From the NCBI GenBank assembly GCA_045540295.1, contig JAZQGY010000011.1, positions 610 to 64,609 of the forward strand: a DNA stretch of 64,000 nucleotides, in the 5' to 3' direction. The translations under genes were made by a program, and so were the position numbers. Position 1 is the first letter of the stretch; every line of letters begins with the position of its first letter. The stretch comes from Clostridia bacterium. Lineage in GTDB: Bacteria; Bacillota; Clostridia; UMGS1840. Below, piece after piece: positions 59,604 to 64,000 of this stretch. The notes beneath the pieces are model-generated. The model made no database searches. It saw only the letters and a program-made list of their open reading frames with translations, and was not told where the DNA came from.

Positions 59604-60791
59604 ATGTTGAAAGTAGCAGTATTGGGCTACGGCGTTGTGGGTAGCGGTGTGTGTGAAGTCATCCGTACCAATGCCAAGTCGCTGTCTGAAAAACTGGGCG
59701 ACAGCGTGGAAGTTAAATATGTATTAGACATCAAAGAAGTGGCCGCTTCCGATCCTGAGGCAACTAAAATTACGAAGGATTTTTCCGCTATTTTGAATGA
59801 CCCCGAGATTTCGGTGGTTGCAGAAGTGATGGGCGGTGCCACTTTTGCATATGATTATACGAAGCAATTGCTCTTGGCAGGAAAGCATGTTGTGACCTCC
59901 AATAAGGAATTGGTTGCAACGAAAGGAACAGAGCTTCTGCAGATTGCAAAAGAGAAAAATGTAAACTACTTATTTGAGGCAAGCGTGGGTGGCGGTATTC
60001 CTATTATCCGTCCCTTATACAGCTGCCTTGCAGCAAATGAAATCAACCGTATTACCGGTATTTTAAACGGTACTACCAACTATATCTTAACCAAAATGTT
60101 CCGGGAAGGTTCCGATTTTGGAACTGCTTTACAAGAAGCTCAGGAAAAAGGATATGCAGAACGCAATCCTTCTGCAGATGTGGATGGGATTGACGCTTGC
60201 CGTAAAATCGCCATTTTATCTTCCTTGGTGTTTGGAAAAGAGGTAGAATGCGATAAGGTGAAGACTGTTGGTATCACGGGCATTACTGCCACCGATGTGG
60301 CATATGCAGAAAAAATGGACTCTGTGATTAAATTAATTGGGCAGGCAGAATTAAAAGACGGAAAAGTTTATATTTCCGTGGAACCCAGACTCATTAAAAA
60401 GGGAACACCTTTAGCATCTATTGACGATGTGTTTAACGGCATTATGGTCAATGGTAATGCCATTGGCGAGGTAGTCTTCTACGGTCCCGGCGCAGGGAAA
60501 CTGCCCACAGCAAGTGCTGTGGTTGCAGATATTATTGACTGCTTACGAAATGACCGTAACAGAGAATACTTCTGGAATAAAGCTGATTCCGACTTTGTTG
60601 CCAACAGTGACGACAATTTTGGTTGCTACTTGATTCGCACCAAAAAGCCAGAATCAATCACCGAAAAACTCCCTGTTGCCGAACAGATTACGGTGGCAGA
60701 GGGCGAAATTGGTATTGTAACAGCACAAATCCGCGAAGCAGAACTTAAAAATGTTCTTTCAGATGCGGTATCATACATGAAATTGGCATAA
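59604..60791 (+). CDS. hom: Homoserine dehydrogenase
   Basis: LGYGVVGSG, VVTSNK, FEASVGGGIP, ILNGTTNYIL, GPGAGKLPTASAV. Confidence 0.96.
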   Translation: MLKVAVLGYGVVGSGVCEVIRTNAKSLSEKLGDSVEVKYVLDIKEVAASDPEATKITKDFSAILNDPEISVVAEVMGGATFAYDYTKQLLLAGKHVVTSNKELVATKGTELLQIAKEKNVNYLFEASVGGGIPIIRPLYSCLAANEINRITGILNGTTNYILTKMFREGSDFGTALQEAQEKGYAERNPSADVDGIDACRKIAILSSLVFGKEVECDKVKTVGITGITATDVAYAEKMDSVIKLIGQAELKDGKVYISVEPRLIKKGTPLASIDDVFNGIMVNGNAIGEVVFYGPGAGKLPTASAVVADIIDCLRNDRNREYFWNKADSDFVANSDDNFGCYLIRTKKPESITEKLPVAEQITVAEGEIGIVTAQIREAELKNVLSDAVSYMKLA

Positions 60792-60811
60792 GCCTACAGG
60801 AGGTATCAAAA

Positions 60812-62020
60812 GTGGGTATTATTGTACAGAAATTCGGCGGAAGCTCTGTTGCCAACGCTGAGAAGATTTTTAATGTGGCAGGTCGTATTCAGGACGCATA
60901 CGACGCAGGAAATTCTGTGGTAGTTGTTGTGTCCGCTCAGGGAGACACTACTGACGACTTAATCGACAAAGCTGCAGAAATTAATGAAAAACCGTCCAAA
61001 CGGGAAATGGATGTTCTGCTCTCCACCGGAGAACAGATTACCATTGCACTTTTGGCAATGGCACTGGAAAAAAACAAATATCCGGTTGTTTCCTTAACCG
61101 GTTGGCAGACGCCCATTAAAACCAATATGGTTTACGGTGCTGCACGAATTGAAACTGTGGAAACCACCCGTCTGATGAACGAGTTGGATAAAGGCAGAAT
61201 TGTTATTGTAGCAGGATTTCAGGGTGTGAATGCAGTGAATGACATTACCACCTTGGGAAGAGGCGGCTCCGACACCACGGCAGTGGCATTGGCAGCAGCA
61301 CTCAGAGCAGATGTTTGCGAAATTTATACCGATGTTGACGGGGTATATACCTGTGACCCCAGAATGGTACCTGATGCAAGAAAGTTAAATGATATTTCCT
61401 ATGACGAAATGTTGGAGCTGGCATCTTTGGGAGCAAATGTGCTTCATAACCGTTCCGTAGAAATGGCAAAGAAATATCATGTTGATTTAGAAGTAAAATC
61501 CAGCTTCAAAAAAGTAGCTGGAACAAAAGTGAAGGAGGCAGGCAGCGTGGAAAAATTATTAGTGAGAGGCGTAGCAAGAGATAACGACGTGGCAAGAATT
61601 GCAGTCATCGGGGTGGACGATACTCCCGGTAAAGCATACAGAATGTTTGCCCTGTTGGCAAAGAAAAACATTAACGTAGACGTTATTTTACAGTCCATCG
61701 GCAGAGACAACACCAAGGACATTTCCTTCACCGTTTCCAGAAGTCAGATGGAAGAAGCAGTAAAAGTTTTAAATGATAACTTGGAAGACTTAGGTGCAAA
61801 AGAAATTACTCACGACGAAAAAATCTCCAAAGTTTCCATTGTTGGGTCCGGTATGCTCTCCAATCCCGGTGTTGCTGCAAAAATGTTTGAAGCATTATAC
61901 GATGCCAATATCAACATCCGCATGATTTCCACTTCCGAAATCAAAGTTTCTGTTTTAATTGATGAAGATATGGCGGAAAAAGCAGTGCAGGCTATTCACC
62001 GCAAATTCTTTAAAGATTAA
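60812..62020 (+). CDS. lysC: Aspartate kinase (alpha subunit)
   Basis: QKFGGSS, TLGRGGSDTTA, YTDVDG, two ACT domains, STSEIK. Confidence 0.95.
   Translation: MGIIVQKFGGSSVANAEKIFNVAGRIQDAYDAGNSVVVVVSAQGDTTDDLIDKAAEINEKPSKREMDVLLSTGEQITIALLAMALEKNKYPVVSLTGWQTPIKTNMVYGAARIETVETTRLMNELDKGRIVIVAGFQGVNAVNDITTLGRGGSDTTAVALAAALRADVCEIYTDVDGVYTCDPRMVPDARKLNDISYDEMLELASLGANVLHNRSVEMAKKYHVDLEVKSSFKKVAGTKVKEAGSVEKLLVRGVARDNDVARIAVIGVDDTPGKAYRMFALLAKKNINVDVILQSIGRDNTKDISFTVSRSQMEEAVKVLNDNLEDLGAKEITHDEKISKVSIVGSGMLSNPGVAAKMFEALYDANINIRMISTSEIKVSVLIDEDMAEKAVQAIHRKFFKD
61547..62020 (+). CDS. Putative aspartate kinase beta subunit from an in-frame internal start
   Basis: AAGGAGG at 61532-61538, 8 nt before in-frame GTG at codon 246, at the start of the ACT domains. 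Confidence 0.75.
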   Translation: MEKLLVRGVARDNDVARIAVIGVDDTPGKAYRMFALLAKKNINVDVILQSIGRDNTKDISFTVSRSQMEEAVKVLNDNLEDLGAKEITHDEKISKVSIVGSGMLSNPGVAAKMFEALYDANINIRMISTSEIKVSVLIDEDMAEKAVQAIHRKFFKD

Positions 62021-62047
62021 TTATGGCTTAAAAAAGAATAAGACCGT

Positions 62048-62083
62048 AAACGGCACAGGATTTTTAATATTCTGTGCCGTTTT
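62048..62083 (+). terminator. Terminator after lysC
   Basis: AAACGGCACAG..CTGTGCCGTTTT. Confidence 0.7.
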
Positions 62084-62123
62084 GTGATTTAAAAATTCGG
62101 TTGATGCGCTTTTTTCGTTATAC

Positions 62124-62157
62124 AAAAAAAGGATGCAAAGCAATTTGCATCCTTTTT
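62124..62157. terminator. Second terminator-like hairpin upstream of spoIVA
   Basis: AAAAAGGATGCAAA / TTTGCATCCTTTTT. Confidence 0.7.
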
Positions 62158-62186
62158 GCATATTTTCTTCCGGCAGTACATACCTA
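62158..62186 (+). promoter_or_regulatory. Candidate sigmaE promoter of spoIVA
   Basis: GCATATT-N14-CATACCTA; spoIVA is an established sigmaE target. Confidence 0.65.
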
Positions 62187-62223
62187 TGTATCAGTAAAAC
62201 ATGAAAAACCGGAGGAACATTTT

Positions 62224-63693
62224 ATGAACGTGTTACAAGACATTGCAAAACGGACAAACGGCGACATTTATATTGGTGTGGTGGGTCCTGTCCGCACCGG
62301 AAAATCCACCTTTATCAAGCGGTTTATGGATTTAATGGTATTACCCAATATGACAAATCCTTATGAAAAAGAACGGTTAAACGACGAGCTACCCCAGTCA
62401 GCTCAAGGGAAAACCATTATGACTACGGAGCCCAAATTTATTCCCAACAAAGCGGCTCATATTGATTTTGGTGACAGTGGCAGCGCGAAAGTAAAACTGG
62501 TAGACTGTGTAGGGTATGTCATTCCGGATGCATTAGGTCATGAAGAAGAGGGAATTGCCCGTATGGTGATGACGCCCTGGAGTGAGGAAGAAATGCCTTT
62601 TTGTGAGGCAGCAGAAATCGGAACAAAAAAAGTCATCTGTGAACATTCCACCATTGGACTTTTGGTTACAACCGACGGCACTGTTACTGATATTGACCGG
62701 GAAAGCTATGTGGAAGCGGAACGGCGGGTAGTGCGGGAACTTTTGGAGCTTCAAAAACCTTTTGTAGTGGTATTAAACTCCAGAGAACCTAAGAGCGAGA
62801 ACGCCCGCCGATTATGCGATGAAATGGCGGCAGAATACGGTGTTCCTGTTGTTTGCTGTGATTGTCAGCAAATGGATGAGGAAGAACTGCTTTCGCTTCT
62901 GAAAACCGTGCTGTATGAATTTCCCGTCTCCGAGGTGGGCTTTTCATTCCCCGGTTGGATTCGTTCTCTGGAAAGCCATCATCCGTTAAAGCAAAGCATC
63001 TATCAGGCGGCACACTCCCTGATGGCACACACGAAATCCTTAAGAGATGTGATTGACGGTGTAGAGGAAGCTACCCCTGCAGATCCCATTGAGAATGTGC
63101 GGATTACTTCCATTCTGCCGGGAAACGGTGCTATTACAGTTACCCTTAGCGTTCCGGATTCCCTGTTTTATGAAGTGATTTCAGATACAACAGGAATCTC
63201 CATTGATTCTGATGATTGCCTGATGAGAGTTCTTCGGGAGCTTTCAGAAGCAAAAAACAAATACGATAAGTTGGAAGCGGCTTTAAATCAAGTAAAGGCG
63301 ACAGGTTACGGTATTGTTTCGCCTTCTATTGAGGAGTTAACCTTGGAGGAACCGGAAATTATTCGTCAAGGCAACAAATATGGAGTTTGCTTAAGAGCTT
63401 CTGCACCGTCTATCCATATGATTCGGGCAGATATTGAAACCGAAGTTTCGCCCATTGTGGGTACCGAAAAGCAGTCCGAAGATTTAGTGAAATATCTCTT
63501 ATCCGATTATGAAGAAGATCCCAAGAAAATCTGGGAATCCAACATTTTTGGCAAATCTCTGCACGAGCTGATTAATGAGGGATTGCAAACTAAGTTATCC
63601 CGTATGCCGGAGGATGCACAAGGGAAACTCCGTGAAACTCTCACGAAAATTATTAACGAGGGCAGCGGCGGACTTATTTGTATTATATTGTAA
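62224..63693 (+). CDS. spoIVA: Stage IV sporulation protein A
   Basis: GVVGPVRTGKSTFIKRF, MTTEPKF, C-terminal NEGSGGLICIIL; ATG 62224 after GGAGG. Confidence 0.97.
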   Translation: MNVLQDIAKRTNGDIYIGVVGPVRTGKSTFIKRFMDLMVLPNMTNPYEKERLNDELPQSAQGKTIMTTEPKFIPNKAAHIDFGDSGSAKVKLVDCVGYVIPDALGHEEEGIARMVMTPWSEEEMPFCEAAEIGTKKVICEHSTIGLLVTTDGTVTDIDRESYVEAERRVVRELLELQKPFVVVLNSREPKSENARRLCDEMAAEYGVPVVCCDCQQMDEEELLSLLKTVLYEFPVSEVGFSFPGWIRSLESHHPLKQSIYQAAHSLMAHTKSLRDVIDGVEEATPADPIENVRITSILPGNGAITVTLSVPDSLFYEVISDTTGISIDSDDCLMRVLRELSEAKNKYDKLEAALNQVKATGYGIVSPSIEELTLEEPEIIRQGNKYGVCLRASAPSIHMIRADIETEVSPIVGTEKQSEDLVKYLLSDYEEDPKKIWESNIFGKSLHELINEGLQTKLSRMPEDAQGKLRETLTKIINEGSGGLICIIL

Positions 63694-63700
63694 TCGTAAT

Positions 63701-63732
63701 AGTGGTATAGGATGATTCCTGTACCACTCTTT
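63701..63732 (+). terminator. Terminator after spoIVA
   Basis: AGTGGTATAGG..CCTGTACCACT followed by CTTT. Confidence 0.65.
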
Positions 63733-63856
63733 CGTTTTAAAGAAAATATCCTTTTTATTTGTGATCATTCAAAAAAATAAAATAACTATTGTAAATGTTG
63801 GGGAATTGTGATATAATTAAATCAGTCTATAAAATATTTGAAAGAAGGTATTTCAA

Positions 63857-64000
63857 ATGAAAAAGATAGTTGTAACATTTAGTGTGCTGATAATAGCCCT
63901 TCTTTGCAGTATTTCTGTATTTGCTATAGATACGGATGACAGCGAAAAGTGGGAATATCAACCATACGGAACAGGTGTTGAGCTCACGGCTTACAAGGGA
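63857..64000 (+). CDS. Secreted or surface protein, N-terminal fragment running off the window (possibly BspA-like LRR)
   Basis: 48 open codons MKKIVV..SVFA-IDTDDSEKWEYQPYGTGVELTAYKG; promoter TTGTAA-N17-TATAAT at 63789-63817. Confidence 0.7.
   Translation, partial: MKKIVVTFSVLIIALLCSISVFAIDTDDSEKWEYQPYGTGVELTAYKG

Noticed and set aside
928..63028. Many short antisense or overlapping ORFs in the supplied track
   Set aside because: Shadow frames of well-supported genes without recognisable motifs

Overview
Chromosomal window from a low-GC, spore-forming anaerobic Clostridia-type Firmicute (spoIVA, spoVAC/D/E, pflBA, pta-ackA, 2-oxoacid:ferredoxin oxidoreductase); mostly housekeeping genes. 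The main non-coding feature is a ~610-nt OLE RNA (about 25124-25732) in its classic operon (yqhY-nusB-xseAB-ispA-PAP2-ole-oapA-dxs-tlyA-nadK-argR-recN). Unusually, ~2.7 tandem copies of a 160-bp palindromic unit separate it from oapA. Other signals missing from the ORF track: a +1-frameshifted membrane/zinc-ribbon gene at a CCC-C site (38397-38790), an in-frame internal start for the aspartokinase beta subunit (61547), rpmF, and a second long palindrome between priA and def. An orphan phage tail-fibre-like gene pair with no prophage context lies at 16089-17511. Several candidate regulatory sites are present (WalR-like, Rex-like, sigmaE, sigmaG, XRE operators). No rRNA, tRNA, CRISPR array, transposase or integrase was seen. 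All calls come from reading motifs and gene context by eye; no database searches were run.
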